Below, piece by piece: positions 52,381 through 64,000 of a DNA stretch of 64,000 nucleotides; position 1 is the first letter of the stretch; each line of letters starts with the position of its first letter. Below the pieces are notes generated by a model. It saw only the letters and a list, made by a program, of their open reading frames with translations. It searched no databases and had not been told where the DNA came from. The DNA is from Pristiophorus japonicus (lineage: Eukaryota), in NCBI RefSeq assembly GCF_044704955.1, contig NW_027254549.1, positions 62,001 to 126,000 on the forward strand, written 5' to 3'. The translations under genes were made by a program, and so were the position numbers.

Positions 52381-53507
52381 GGTATTAGAATGGCAGGATT
52401 TGCAGACGGGAAACTCAAACCAAACTTCGCATCAAGTTCTGACCGAATCACTCGATTCCTCAGGACCTGAATATCATCAGACTTTACTTTGAATGCTGAA
52501 GGAGAAATGTTTGTCTGTTCTGTCTGTGGGAATAGATTTCAAACATCAGTGTGACTGGAGAAGCACTGAGACACACACACCCGAGTGAGAGTGTTCCAGT
52601 GCACTGACTGTGGAAAGAGCTTTAACCAGTTTCACAGCCTGAAAAACATCGCACCATTCACAGCGGGAAGAAACCGTACATGTGTTGTGTGTGTGGACGA
52701 GGCTTCAACTGATCGCCCAACCTGGAGAGACACAAGGACACCCACACCACGGAGAAACCGTGGGAATGTGGGGATTGTGGGAAGGGATTCAATTACCCTT
52801 CTGATCTGGAAGTTCATCAGTGCAGTTCCACCGTGGAGAGACCGTTCACCTGCTCTGAGTGTGGGAAGAGATTCACTCATTCATCCTACCTGCTGATACA
52901 CCAGCGAGTTCACACTGGGGAGAGGCCATTCACCTGCTCGGTGTGTGGGAAGGGATTCACTATTTCATCCAACCTGCTGACACACCAACGCATTCACACT
53001 GGGGAGAGGCCGTTCACCTGCTCTGAGTGTGGAAAGAGATTTACTCAGTCATCCAACCTGCTGAAACACCAGCGAGTTCACACCAGGGAGAGGCCGTTCA
53101 CCTGCTCCATATGTGGAAAGGGATTCACTTATTCATCCGACCTGCTGACACACCAACGCATTCACACTGGGGAGAGGCCATTTATCTGCTCCACATGTGG
53201 GAAGGGATTCACTCGATCATCCCACCTGCTGGTACACCAGCGAGTCCACACTGGGGAGAGGCCATTCATCTGCTCCACATGTGGGAAGGGATTCACTCAG
53301 TCATCCAACCTGCTGGTACACCAGCGAGTCCACACTGGGGAGAGACCGTTCACCTGCTCTGAATGTGGGAAGGGATTTACTCATTCATCCCACCTGCTGG
53401 TACACCAGCGAGTTCACACTGGGGAGAGACTGTTCACCTGCTCGAAGTGTGTGAAGGGATTCACTAACTCATCCAACCTGCTGAGACACCAGCGAGTTCA
53501 CAAGTGA
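52381..53507 (+). pseudogene. C2H2 zinc-finger exon: disrupted 5' linker and fingers, eight intact 3' fingers (52833..53507)
   Basis: Acceptor tcctttccAG|G at 52380; 5-bp duplication at 52481; TGA at 52552, 52567 and 52710; frameshift near 52645; then eight CxxC...HxxxH fingers with TGERP-type linkers and no in-frame ATG. Confidence 0.8.
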
Positions 53508-53719
53508 CTGCAGGGGTTAGATTCTGCTGTTGTTGCTGCTTTTATTCACCTCCTAATGAACAGTGTTCATTCTGTTAGTTGGTGTTTGTTTCTGCTGATA
53601 ACCCTTCAACTAGGCAGGAGTTTAATATTTTGATATTTCAAATAACTGTTGTTACTTGATGTCTCCAAGATAAGAGGAGACCAATTGATGACCTGTTTCT
53701 GACTGCTCCATTTTTGATT

Positions 53720-54133
53720 GGGGCGGAGGAGCAGTGAGAGATTGGGGCCCAGGAGCGTCATGAGGTGAGGGTTCAGGGCTTAGGAGAGGTGAGAGTTCGG
53801 GGCCCAGAAGAGGCGAGGGCCCAGGGGCAGCACGGGCCAGCCCACACTGCGATCTATGGATAGTAGGAGCATGCGTGTGCACTAGGTCCGTGCAGCAGAG
53901 TCTTGGTTAACCCTTGCCACTGGATCAAGACCTAGCTCTGTCAAGCCCGTGTGGTGGCTGGTGTACAACGGCCGCCCCACATTAAAAGAATCCATGCACA
54001 GGCATTTTCCACCCTTCAGCATGGAGTTTGGGACCTAGAATGTCAGTTCCCTCATTGAAACACCTGTGAACTCATGTATTTTTGGTGTGGAAGTGGGTCA
54101 TCCTCGATACGAGGGACAGCCTAATACTATACT
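53720..54133 (+). mobile_element. Second copy of the RTE-tailed non-autonomous element
   Basis: gcccaggggcagcacgggccagcccacactg...ctagctctgtcaagcc matches 3995-4290. Confidence 0.78.
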
Positions 54134-54694
54134 ATCATTTTTGAGCCTTTTCTCCTTTCTGACTCCAGATTATTTCAGTTCTCAGACCTTCGATTACTCT
54201 CAGGGACAAGTCCCAGCTTCCCATATCTTCCAGAGTGCCTCTCCTAGCCTTGATATCCAGGGAAGGTATCGTTAACACGCCCAGGATCACTGAACACAAA
54301 ACCCAGTCTGTTAATCACTTTCAGTTGCTGGACTTGGCGTGTGCCTCACAGCATCTCTCTCACCTTCGATGTGTGATTGGAGCATCATGCCTCAAACCTG
54401 GGTTCAATTTAAATTTGAATCCATTCAGCAATTGTATTTTTAAAAAAAACTACATAAAAGTATACAGATCACATCAAATAATTGGCAATGATTTAGTGTC
54501 AACAAGATGAACAAGTAAACACATCACGGCTCACTACTCCAGCTCTATAATCACAGGAGAAAGTCTGTTATCTTACTCCTCAAGTGATAGAGAAAGATCA
54601 GGACTCTAAGAACATCTAGAATCTGTTGTAAATATATTTCAAATCCTCACTGGTACAACCTGTCTATCTCTTTTCAATTGAAGTGAATGGAAGA

Positions 54695-54834
54695 TGAGGA
54701 GGGGTTAGAGAGTAGGGGTGAAAGAGGAAATGGGGGTGAGGAGGGTTGGAGAGGAGGGAGGGGGGTTGGAGAGTAGGGGTGAAAGAGGAGTTGGGGTGAG
54801 GGGTTTGGAGAGTTGGGGTGAGGGAGGGTTGGAG
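54695..54834. repeat. G-rich minisatellite that resumes at 56678-56800 after the CR1
   Basis: gggttggagagtaggggtgaaagaggagttggggtgag units on both sides of the insertion. Confidence 0.75.
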
Positions 54835-56670
54835 AGAAACATAGAAAATAGGTGCAGGAGTAGGCCATTCGGCCCTTCGAGCCTGCACCACCATTCATAG
54901 AAACATAGAAAATAGGTGCAGGAGCAGGCCATTCAGCCCTTCTAGCCTGCACCACCATTCAATAAGATCGTGGCTGATCATTCAACACAAGACCACTTTC
55001 CTGCTTTCTCTCCATACCCCTTGATCCCTTTAGCCGTAAGGACCATATCTAACTCCCTCTTGAATATATCTAACGAACTGGCCTCAACAACTTTCTTCAG
55101 TAGAGAATTTCACAGGTTAACAACTCTCTGAGTGAAGAAGTTTCTCCTCATCTCGGTCCTAAATGGCTTACCCCTTATCCTTAGACTATGGCCCCTGGTT
55201 CTGGACTTCCCCAACATCGGGAACATTCTTCCTGCCTCTAACCTGTCCAATCCCGTCAGAATTTTATATATTTCTATGAGATCCCCTCTCATTCTTCCAA
55301 ACTCCAGTGAATACAGGCACAGTCGATCCAGTCTCTCCTGATATGACAGCCCAGCCATCCCTGTACTCCCTCAATAGCAAGAATGTCCTTCCTCAGATTA
55401 GGAGACCAAAACTCAACACAATATTCCAAGTGAGGCCTCACCAAGGCCCTGTACAACTGCACTAAGATCTCCCTGTTCCTATACTCACATCCCCTAGCTA
55501 TGAAGGCCAAAGTGCCATTTGCCTTCTTCACCGCCTGCTGTACCTGCATGCCAACTTTCAATGACTGATGTACCATGACACCCAGGTCTCATTGCACCTC
55601 CCCTTTTCCTAATCTGCCGCCATTCAGCTAATATTCTGCCTTCCTGTTTTTGCCACCAAAGTGGATAACCTCACATTTATCCACATTAGACTGCATCTGC
55701 CATGTATTTGCCCACTCACCTAACCTATCCAAGTCACCCTGCAGCCTCCTCACAGCTCACACAGCCACCCAGCTTAGTGTCATCTGCAAAGTTGGAGATA
55801 TTACACTCAATTCGTTCATCTAAATCATTGATGTATATTGTAAATAGCTGGGGTCCCAGCACTGAGCCCCGTGGCACCCCACTAGTCACTGCCTGCCATT
55901 CTGAAAAGGACCCTTTTATCCCGACTCTCTGCTTCCTGTCTGACAAACAGTTCTCTATCCACGTCAATACATTATCCCCAATACCATATGCTTTAATTTT
56001 GCACACTAATCTCTCGTGTGGGACCTTATCAAAAGCCTTTTGTAAGTCCAAATACACCACATCCACTGGTTCTCCCTTGTCCACTCTACTAGTTACATCC
56101 TCAAATAATTCTAGAAGATTTAGCAAGCATGATTTCCTTTTCATAAATCCATGCTGACTTGGACCGATCCTGTCACTGCTTTCCAAATGCGCTGCTATTT
56201 CATCTAAATAATTGATTCCAACATTTTCCCCACCGCCGATGTCAGGCTAACCGGTCTCTAATTCCCTGTTTTCTCTCGCCCTTCTTTTTTTAAAAAGTGG
56301 TGTTACATTAGCTACCCTCTAGTCTATAGGAACTGATCCAGAGTCGATAGACTGTTGGAAAATGATCACCAATGCATCCACTATTTCTAGGGCCACTTCC
56401 TTAAGTACTCAGGGATGCAGACTATCAGGCCCTGGGGATTTATCGGCCTTCAATCCCACCAATTTCCCTAACACAATTTCCTGACTAATAAGGATTTCCT
56501 TCAGTTCCTCCTTCTCACTAGACCCTCAGTCCCTTAGTATTTCCAGAATATTATTTGTGTCTTCCTTCCTGAAGACAGAGCCAAAGTATTTGTTCCATTG
56601 GTCTGCAATTTCATTGTTCCCCATTATAAATTCAACTGATTCTGACTGCAAGGGACCTACGTTTGTCTTC
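54835..56670 (-). mobile_element. CR1 LINE, 5'-truncated, with a duplicated 3' terminus
   Basis: RT ORF pieces; 64-bp terminal unit repeated at 54835 and 54899. Confidence 0.92.
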
Positions 56671-56803
56671 AATTTCAGGGGTGAAACAGGAGTTGGGCTG
56701 AGGAGGGGGGGTTGGAGAGTAGGGATGAAAAAGGAGTTGAGGTTGGGGAGTTGGAGAGTACTGGTGAAGGAGGAGTTGGGGTGGAGAGTGAATGGAGAGG
56801 AGA

Positions 56804-57174
56804 TGTAACGTAGGAAATGCCGCAGCCAATTTGTGAACAGCAAGATCCCACAAACAGCAATGTAATGATGACAAGATAATCCATTCGCAATGATGTTAGT
56901 TGAGGGATACACATTGGCCAGGACACCGTGGAGAACTCCACCTGATCTTCCTCAGAATCGTGGCCGTGGGATCTTTTACATCCAACTTAGGGACTAGACG
57001 GGGCATTGGTTCAATGTCTCCTCTGAAAGATGGCACCTCTGACAGTGCAGCACTCCCTCTGTACTGGCACCTGGAGTCTCGGCCTAGATTATGTGCTCGG
57101 GTCTCTGGATTGGGAATTGAACCCTCGATCCCCTGACTCAGGGCCGAGAGTGGTACCACTGAGCCAAGGCTGAC
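56804..57174 (-). mobile_element. tRNA-headed Deu-domain SINE (SacSINE1-like)
   Basis: A box TGGCTCAGTGG, B box GGTTCAATTCC, core ggatgtaaaagatcccac...ggtgtcctggccaat...cacaaattggctgc. Confidence 0.8.
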
Positions 57175-57309
57175 ATGATCTGTTCCCTGTTCCCATTACA
57201 CTAGACCGTGCCTGTGTTATTACACTAACCCCACCCATTCTTACTGCAGTGGGCCCTAACTCTGTTATTAGACATTCGACAAAGCATTTACTACAACAAC
57301 AAAACAACC

Positions 57310-57755
57310 AGAACTTACATTAATATAGCGCCTTTAACGCAGTGAAACATTCCAGAGTGCTTAACAAAATCGATTCAATAAGAAAACAGTTTTGACACAG
57401 AGCCACAGAGAAAGATATCAGGACAGATTCTCAAAAGTTTGATCGAAGAGGTCGTTTTTAAGAAGAATCTTGAAAGAGGAGGTGGAGATTTAGGGGGAAT
57501 TCCAAAACTTAGAGCCTCGGCAGCTGAAGGCACGGCTGCCAATGGTGGATCGATTAAAATCGGGGATGACCAAAATGATAGATTTGGAGGAGCACAGAGT
57601 ATTCGTTGGGTTGTGGGGCTGGAGGAGATTACAGAGATAGGGAGGGGCGAGGCCATGGAGAGTTTTGAAACCAAAGATTAGAATTTTAAAATTGAGGCGT
57701 TGCTTAACCGGGCGCCAATGTAGGTCAGTGAGCACAGGGGTGATGGGTGAATGAG
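57310..57755 (-). mobile_element. L2-clade LINE 3' fragment
   Basis: SPITPVLTDLHWRPVKQRLNFKIL...GLAPPYL...RAFS...WNS; tail aaaggcgctatattaatg. Confidence 0.85.
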
Positions 57756-58265
57756 AATATAGCAATAGGCCCTGACTTGCACACACTATTAGATGAGACC
57801 CAATCTTTGTTTGAGTGCACTAGATACTGCCTGTGTGATCATCACACTAGATCCAGCCTTGTGTTCAGTATAACTCTAGGGTCTGCCTCGTTATTATTGG
57901 ATCCAGCACTGTCTTTGTTACTCTCACAGTGGGCCATGCATTTGCTGTTGTTAATCTGGACTCTGTCTCCACTCTTATTGTACGAGACCCGGTCTCTGGA
58001 ATTGTTACACTAGACCTGGCCTCTGCGATGATTGGAAAATAACCTGCCCTTGTTGTTCCAGTTCTAGTGCACGCCTCTATTATTATAACTATAGATCTTG
58101 TCTCTGTTGTATTCAATAGAGTATGTATTGTTCTGGTATTGTTAAAGTAGACCCGGCTTCTGTGAGTGTCACACTATCACCTCTTTCAGTTATTGCAAAA
58201 AAACTGTTTCAATTATTAAAGACTTGTTTCTAGTGTAAAACTAGGCCTTGTCTCAGTTATCAATG

Positions 58266-58490
58266 CACTATACCCTGTCCCTGTTTATATTACACTCGGC
58301 CCTGTCTGTTTATATTAGACTAGACCCTGTCCCTGTTTATGTTACATAGGACCCTGTCTCTGTTTATGTTACATAGGACCCTGTCTCTGTTTATGTTACA
58401 TAGGACCCTGTCCCTGTTTATATTACACCGGACCCTGTCCCTGTTTATACTGCACTCGGCCCTGTCTCTGTTTTTTGACACTCGACCATG
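58266..58490. repeat. ~30-bp minisatellite with older diverged units from ~57780
   Basis: gaccctgtctctgtttatgttacatag-like units. Confidence 0.85.
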
Positions 58491-59400
58491 TCTTAGTTAT
58501 TGCGGCACTAAACAATGTCCACAAATATTGGAAATGGTTTTGGAGGAAACAGTGAAAGTAACAGTCAAGAAATAGAAGACTGGAGACAGAAATAGAGCAA
58601 ATTTTGCTGGATAGTTGCAAGTGTTTCATTCCTTTCCAAACGAAGGATAGAACCAGTGAGAGAATAAGAGATTTATTAACCTCACGGCAGGTTTAGGTAC
58701 AGCTTCACTTTTCCCATCACTGGCACCAATCATCACACACCGGAGGTAAATCTCAGGAGCTTCTGTGTGATGGTGAGGTGATCACTGGACAATAAAGCTC
58801 AGAGACTGGTGGGGGGGCTGCTCATTATCCTCGGTGTGATTTAATCCCCTTTCCCACTGAATACTGCGGACAGATATGGTCACCTTGGTAACAGAATGGT
58901 CAGTGTGACATCACTTTCTAAACAAGAGACACACAAGACAATGGGTTATCAATCAATGGTAAAGGTATTAAACACTCTGCAATTACATTTTACATAAAAG
59001 GAAATACAATGCTGGAAAAGAATTGCTGAAGAGAATAATTTATCTCTGGGGAATTGACTAGCAAACATTAAAAATGATGTGTTTTGTTTACACACATACA
59101 CACAAATATATATATTATAGCAAAGACAGTGTGTGTGCTCTTTTCCATTGTTCTGCTACACCCGAGGTGTTATACTTTCTGTGGACTTTAGGAGCCTGCG
59201 GCAGCCCATCCAGCGGTGCTTACTGGGTCAGGATATAAAGAGACCGAGCACTGTTCCTCCTCCCACTGCCTGGGGGAATGGGTCAGATATTTAAAGGGGC
59301 AGGGACTCCCCCTTTCTTTGCATAGTTATAGTTAAAGGGACAGTCCAGTGCGGCGATTGTAAAGCTGTCTATTTCAGTGACTTAAGCCTTTCTAAATTGT

Positions 59401-59577
59401 GCTGGTCCAATCGGGTGAGCCCGGCTGGCCCAATAGGGTGAGCCTGAGCTGGCCCAATAGGGTGAGCCTGTGCTGGCCCAATAGGGTGAGCCCGGTCTGG
59501 CCCAATAGGGTGAGCCTGGGCTGGTCAAATAGGGTGAGCCCGGGCTGGCCCAATAGGGTGAGCCCGGGTTGGACCAA
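59401..59577 (+). repeat. 24-bp tandem array carrying CCAAT boxes
   Basis: gctggcccaatagggtgagcc(c/t)g(g/a) about seven times. Confidence 0.9.
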
Positions 59578-59671
59578 AGTCACCAGACAACAATCAACAC
59601 AACAAGGCTCCCTTTCAGGGGCCACTGACCTGGGCATAAACATGTGTCCAATCAAACTGACAGACAGCCTG

Positions 59672-59830
59672 AAGCCCCGCCCACCCCTTGTCCCTGCCCA
59701 AAGGACCGCGCATGCGCTGCGATACCCGCCCTGACCAAGATGGCGGAAGGTAACTCCGCTCCCCCGCCCTGACCAAGATGGCGGAAGGTGACTCCGCTCC
59801 CCTGCCCTGACTAAGGTGGCGCCCGCTTCC
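59672..59830 (+). promoter_or_regulatory. CpG-rich housekeeping-type promoter and possible first exon
   Basis: GC box CCCCGCCC, NRF1 GCGCATGCGC, duplicated YY1/ETS CAAGATGGCGGAAG followed by GTAACT or GTGACT. Confidence 0.72.
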
Positions 59831-60065
59831 CCGGGTGCTCACTGACTGGGCCTGGAACCAGTGGGCAAACACGAGGCCTGCGGGCTGTGATTCGGGGCCT
59901 GGGGCTGAGCCCGGATGTGTGTGAAGCGGATGGTGCGGAGTGTTGTCTCTCGGGCCTGGGCCTGCACTCGGTGTGTGTGAAGCTCACGTCCCCCCCCGGG
60001 GTTTATTAACCCATGGAACTATTTGTGCTGCACTTTTTTGACTGACAGGCAACAAGTCCCGCCCC

Positions 60066-61855
60066 CTCAGAGAGCTGTGGAAGTTGGGTCATTGAATAAA
60101 TTTAAGACAGAAATAGACAGTTTCTTAACCAATAAGGGAATAATGGGTAATGGGGAGCGGGCAGGGAAGTGGACCTGAGTCCATGATCGGATCAACCATG
60201 ATCGTATTAAATGACGAAGCAGGCTCCTGCTCCTATTTATTATGTTTTTTATGTCAAGCCCCAGCCCCCCAACTCCCCCCCGCCTCCCGGACCAGTGCTT
60301 AATGTACACACTTCAATGCAAGAAAGACTAGGGAATAAGGCAGATAAGCTGAGGTGTTGTTACAGCAGTGATGAGAGATGATATGTTAAAAGGATCATCA
60401 AATGAGGCCATATGTGTTGAATTGATAAACAAAAAAGGAGCAATCACAATGTTGGGAGTGTACTATAAACAGTCAGAGGGAGATAGAAAAGCAAATATGT
60501 AGGAACGTTTGAGAATTAGGCAGCAATAGTCGGAGATATCAACTACCACAGAATCAGAGAAATTTATGGCACAAAAGGAGGCCATTCAGCCCACTGTGTT
60601 TGTGCCAGTTGAGAAAGAGCTATCCCGCCTAATCCCACTTTCCAGCTCTTGCTCCACAGCCTGGTAGGTTATGACACTTCCAGTGCATATCTAAGTATGT
60701 TTCAAATGTTGTGAGGGTTTCTGCATCTACCACCCTTTCAGGCTGTGAGTTCCAGACCTCCACCACCCTCTGTGTGAAAAGTTTCTCCTCAACTCCCCTC
60801 TAAAGCTTCTACCAATTACTTTAAATCTGTGCCCCCTGGTTATTGACCTCTCTGTAAAGGGAAATAGGTCAGTTCAGAGAAGGTTCACGAGATTGATTTC
60901 GGAGAAGAAGGGGTTGTCATATGAAGATAGGTTGAGCAGGTTGGGCCTATACTCATTGGAATTTAGAAGAATGAGAGGTGATCTTATTGAAACGTGTAAG
61001 ATTCTGAGTGGGCTTGACAGGGTTGATGTAGAAAGGATGTTTCCCCTCATGGGGGAATCTAGAATTAGGAGGCATAGTTTCAGAATAAGGGGTTGCCCAT
61101 TTAAAACAGAAATGAGGAAAAATTTCACTCTCAGAGGTTTGTGAATCTTTGGAATTCTCTACCCCAGAGAGCTGTGGAGGCTGGGTCATTGAATATATTT
61201 AAGGTGGGGATAGACAGATTTTTGAATGATAAGGGAGTGAAGGGTTATGGGGAGTGGGCAGGGAAGTGGAGTTGAGGCCAAGATCAGATCAGCCATGATC
61301 TTATTGAATGGTGGATCAGGCTCGTGGAGCCAGATGGCTTACTCCTGCTCCTATTTGTTTGTCTTATGTTCGTATGTCCTTCTTATCCACTCCATCTGGG
61401 ACCCTCATAATTTTGTACACAATTAAGTCTACCCTCAGCCACCTCTCTTCCAAAGAAAACAACACCAGCCCACCCAAACTTTCTTCATAGCTCAAATTCT
61501 TCAGTCCAGTTAACATCCTCGTAAATCTCCTTTGTACCCTCTCCAGTGCAATCACATCGTTCCTGTAATGTGGGGACCAGAACTGTGCGAGTACTCTACC
61601 TGTGGCCTAACTCGTATTTTACACAGTCCGAGCATAACCTCCAGAGTCTGGAACTTACTGCCTGAAAGAGTGCTGGAGACAGAAACCCTCATTGCATTTA
61701 CAAAATTACTTGGATATGCATTTGAAGTGCCATAACCTACAGGGCTACGGACCAAGAGCTGCAAAGTGGGATTAGGCTGGATAGCTCTTTTTCAGCCGCA
61801 CAGACACGATGGGCCAAATGGCCTCTTTCTGTGTTGTAAACTGCTATGATTCCAT
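60066..61855. mobile_element. Mosaic of nested CR1 fragments in both orientations
   Basis: Plus-strand 3' ends (60066-60250, 60870-61375, 61640-61855) and minus-strand pieces (60550-60870, 61385-61640). Confidence 0.8.
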
Positions 61856-62256
61856 GACACCAATCTCCTCCTGACTGATATAAACCAACCCCACAGTCAC
61901 TGACACCAATCTCCTCGTCTGATATAAACCCACCCCACAGTCACTGACACCAATCTCCTCCTGTCTGATATAAACCCACCCCACAGTCACTGACACCAAT
62001 CTCCTCCTGTCTGATATAAACCCACCCCACAGTCACTGACATCAATCTCCTCCTGTCTGATATAAACCCACCCCACAGTCACTGACACCAATCTCCTCCT
62101 GTCTGATATAAACCAACCCCACAGTCACTGACACCAATCCCCTCCTGTCTGATATAAACCCACCCCACAGTCACTGACAACAATCTCCTCCTGTCTGATA
62201 TAAACCAATCCCACAGTCACTGACACCAATCCCCTCTTGTCTGATATAAACCAACC
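61856..62256. repeat. 46-bp minisatellite, ~9 copies, resuming at 63650-63718
   Basis: ctgacaccaatctcctcctgtctgatataaacccaccccacagtca. Confidence 0.93.
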
Positions 62257-63649
62257 ATCATCATAAAAGACAGTCTCTTGGAGTCGAGGATGACTTGCTT
62301 CCACATTAAAAATGAGATCTCAGTTGTCTGTTAAGTCCAATGCGGGAGCTCCAGTCTCTGTTGCAGGTTGGTCAGACAGTGGTCGAAAGTACGTTGGTTG
62401 AAGTGTCGGTTTGTTGAAGTACTTGGGTTGTTGTTTGCTCCTTCCGCCGTATGCGCTTGGTCTCTGCTTACTCCTGGTGATGAGACTCAAAGTGTTCAAT
62501 GCCCTCACGGACTATTCTCTTCCCTTTTCAGTGATCTTGTGGCAGGGATTCCCAGGTGTCGGTGGGGATGTTGAACTTCTTCAAAGAGGCCTTGAGGGTG
62601 TCCTTGAAGCATTTCCTCTGCACCCCTGGGGCTCGCTTGCCGTGTCAAAGCTCCAAGTAGAGCGCTTGCTTTGGGAGTCTTGTATCGGGCATATGGACAA
62701 TGTGGCCCATCCATTGTAACTGATCGAGTGTGGTCAATGCTTCAATGCTGAGGATGTTGGCCTGTGCGAGGACATTGATGCACCTATCCTAGCAATGGAT
62801 TTGCAGGACCTTTCACAGGCAATGTTGATGGTACTTCTCCAGTGCTTTGATGTGCCTACTGTATAGTCCATGTCAGAGAAGCACATATGAGGGCAGGTAT
62901 CACTACTGCTCTGTAGACCATGAGCTTTGTGCCGCTTTTAAGGTTCTGGTCTTCAAACACTCTATTCCTTAGGCGACCAAAGGCTGTGCTGGCACACTGA
63001 AGGTAGTATTGGACCTAGTTATCAAAATCTGCCCTTGTTAACAGTAGGCTCCCGAGGTATGAAAAATGGTCCTAATTGTTCAAGGCCTCAGCATGGATTT
63101 TGATAATTGGGGGAGGGGGATGGGGGGTGATAGTGCTGTGTGGCAGGAGCAGGTTGATAGAGCACCTTTGTTTTACGGATGTTTAGTGTAAGGCCTATGC
63201 TCTCAGTCGCTACGGTGAAAGTGTTGATGATGGTTTGGAGTTCGTCCTCCGAGTGAACGCAGACGCAAGCGTCATCTGCATATTGTAATTCGAGGACAGA
63301 GGATGGCACGACCTTGGATCTGGTCTGAAGGTGATGGAAGTTGAACAGTTTCCTGTTTGTTCTACAGATTATCTCCACTCCAGCGGGAAGCTTACTGATA
63401 GTGACAAGTGGTATTGCAGCAAGGAAGATCGAGAAGAGCGTCGGTGCAATGACACAGCCTTGCTTCACCCCGGTTCATACATGAATTGGGTCTGTGGTGG
63501 ATCCATTGGTCAGGATCACGGCTTGCAAGTTATCATGAAGCAAGCGGAGGATGGTGACAAATTTTTGAGACAGCCGAATTTGTAGAGTACACTCGATAAT
63601 CGCTCACAGTTGACCATGTCAAAGGCCTTGGTCAGGTCAAAGAAGGTTG
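62257..63649 (-). mobile_element. 5'-truncated RTE LINE inserted in the minisatellite
   Basis: KQGCVIAPTLFSIFL and LQYADD motifs; TSD aaccaacc at 62249-62256 and 63650-63657. Confidence 0.9.
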
Positions 63650-63718
63650 AACCAACCCCACAGTCTGACACCAAGCTCCTGCCATGTGATATAAACCAAC
63701 CCTCGTCACTGACACCAA

Positions 63719-64000
63719 GTGGACTGGGAAAATATGTTAAAGGTTAAGACTGTAGAAACGCAGTGGCAAACATTTAAGGAGATATTTCATAACTCTCAGC
63801 AAAGATTTATTCACGTGAGAAATAAAGATGTTCAGAGAAGGATGAACCATCCCTGGCTAACTAAGGAAGTAAAGGATGGTATCAAATTGAAAAAAAAGGC
63901 ATATAATGTGGCGAAGGACAGTGGAAGCCCAGAGGTTTGGGAAATTTTTATAAACCAGCAAAGGGCAACTAAAAATATGATAAAGACAGAGAAGGTAGCA
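63719..64000 (+). mobile_element. CR1 ORF2 internal fragment running off the window
   Basis: DW..MLK..TVETQWQTFK...PWLTKEVKD.IKLK, homologous to the CR1 ORF2 linker. Confidence 0.75.

Noticed and set aside
52552-52712. In-frame TGAs in the ZNF exon as selenocysteine or readthrough codons
   Set aside because: They are not at Cys ligand positions, fit CGA>TGA decay, and co-occur with frameshifts.
57105-57174. tRNA gene
   Set aside because: A and B boxes are present, but the sequence continues into a Deu-SINE body and no convincing cloverleaf was found.

Overview
Vertebrate genomic DNA, most consistent with a cartilaginous fish (shark-type CR1 3' tails, a Deu-domain SINE, RTE, L2 and Tx1 LINEs; taxon is inferred). 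The core (11.3-32.2 kb) is a replication-dependent histone cluster with intact H2B(+), H2A(+), H3(-) and H4(-), each with a 3' stem-loop. It also holds an H1 split by a near-full-length CR1 and five decayed histone copies, one interrupted by a Tx1 insertion with a 15-bp TSD. The cluster lies among ~41-46-bp satellites and four related copies of a promoter/first-exon block. Each block ends in a phase-2 GTAAGG donor that fits the acceptor of one C2H2 zinc-finger exon at 52.4-53.5 kb, whose 5' fingers are broken and whose 3' eight fingers are intact. The main leads are: a candidate -1 frameshift signal (G_UUA_AAC plus G-tracts) at the CR1 ORF1/ORF2 junction in three copies; the multi-first-exon ZNF model with antisense-biased CR1s; a 1.7-kb satellite built from the CR1 3' terminus; and CDE/CHR motifs in histone promoters. 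Boundaries of decayed repeats are approximate and were read by eye.
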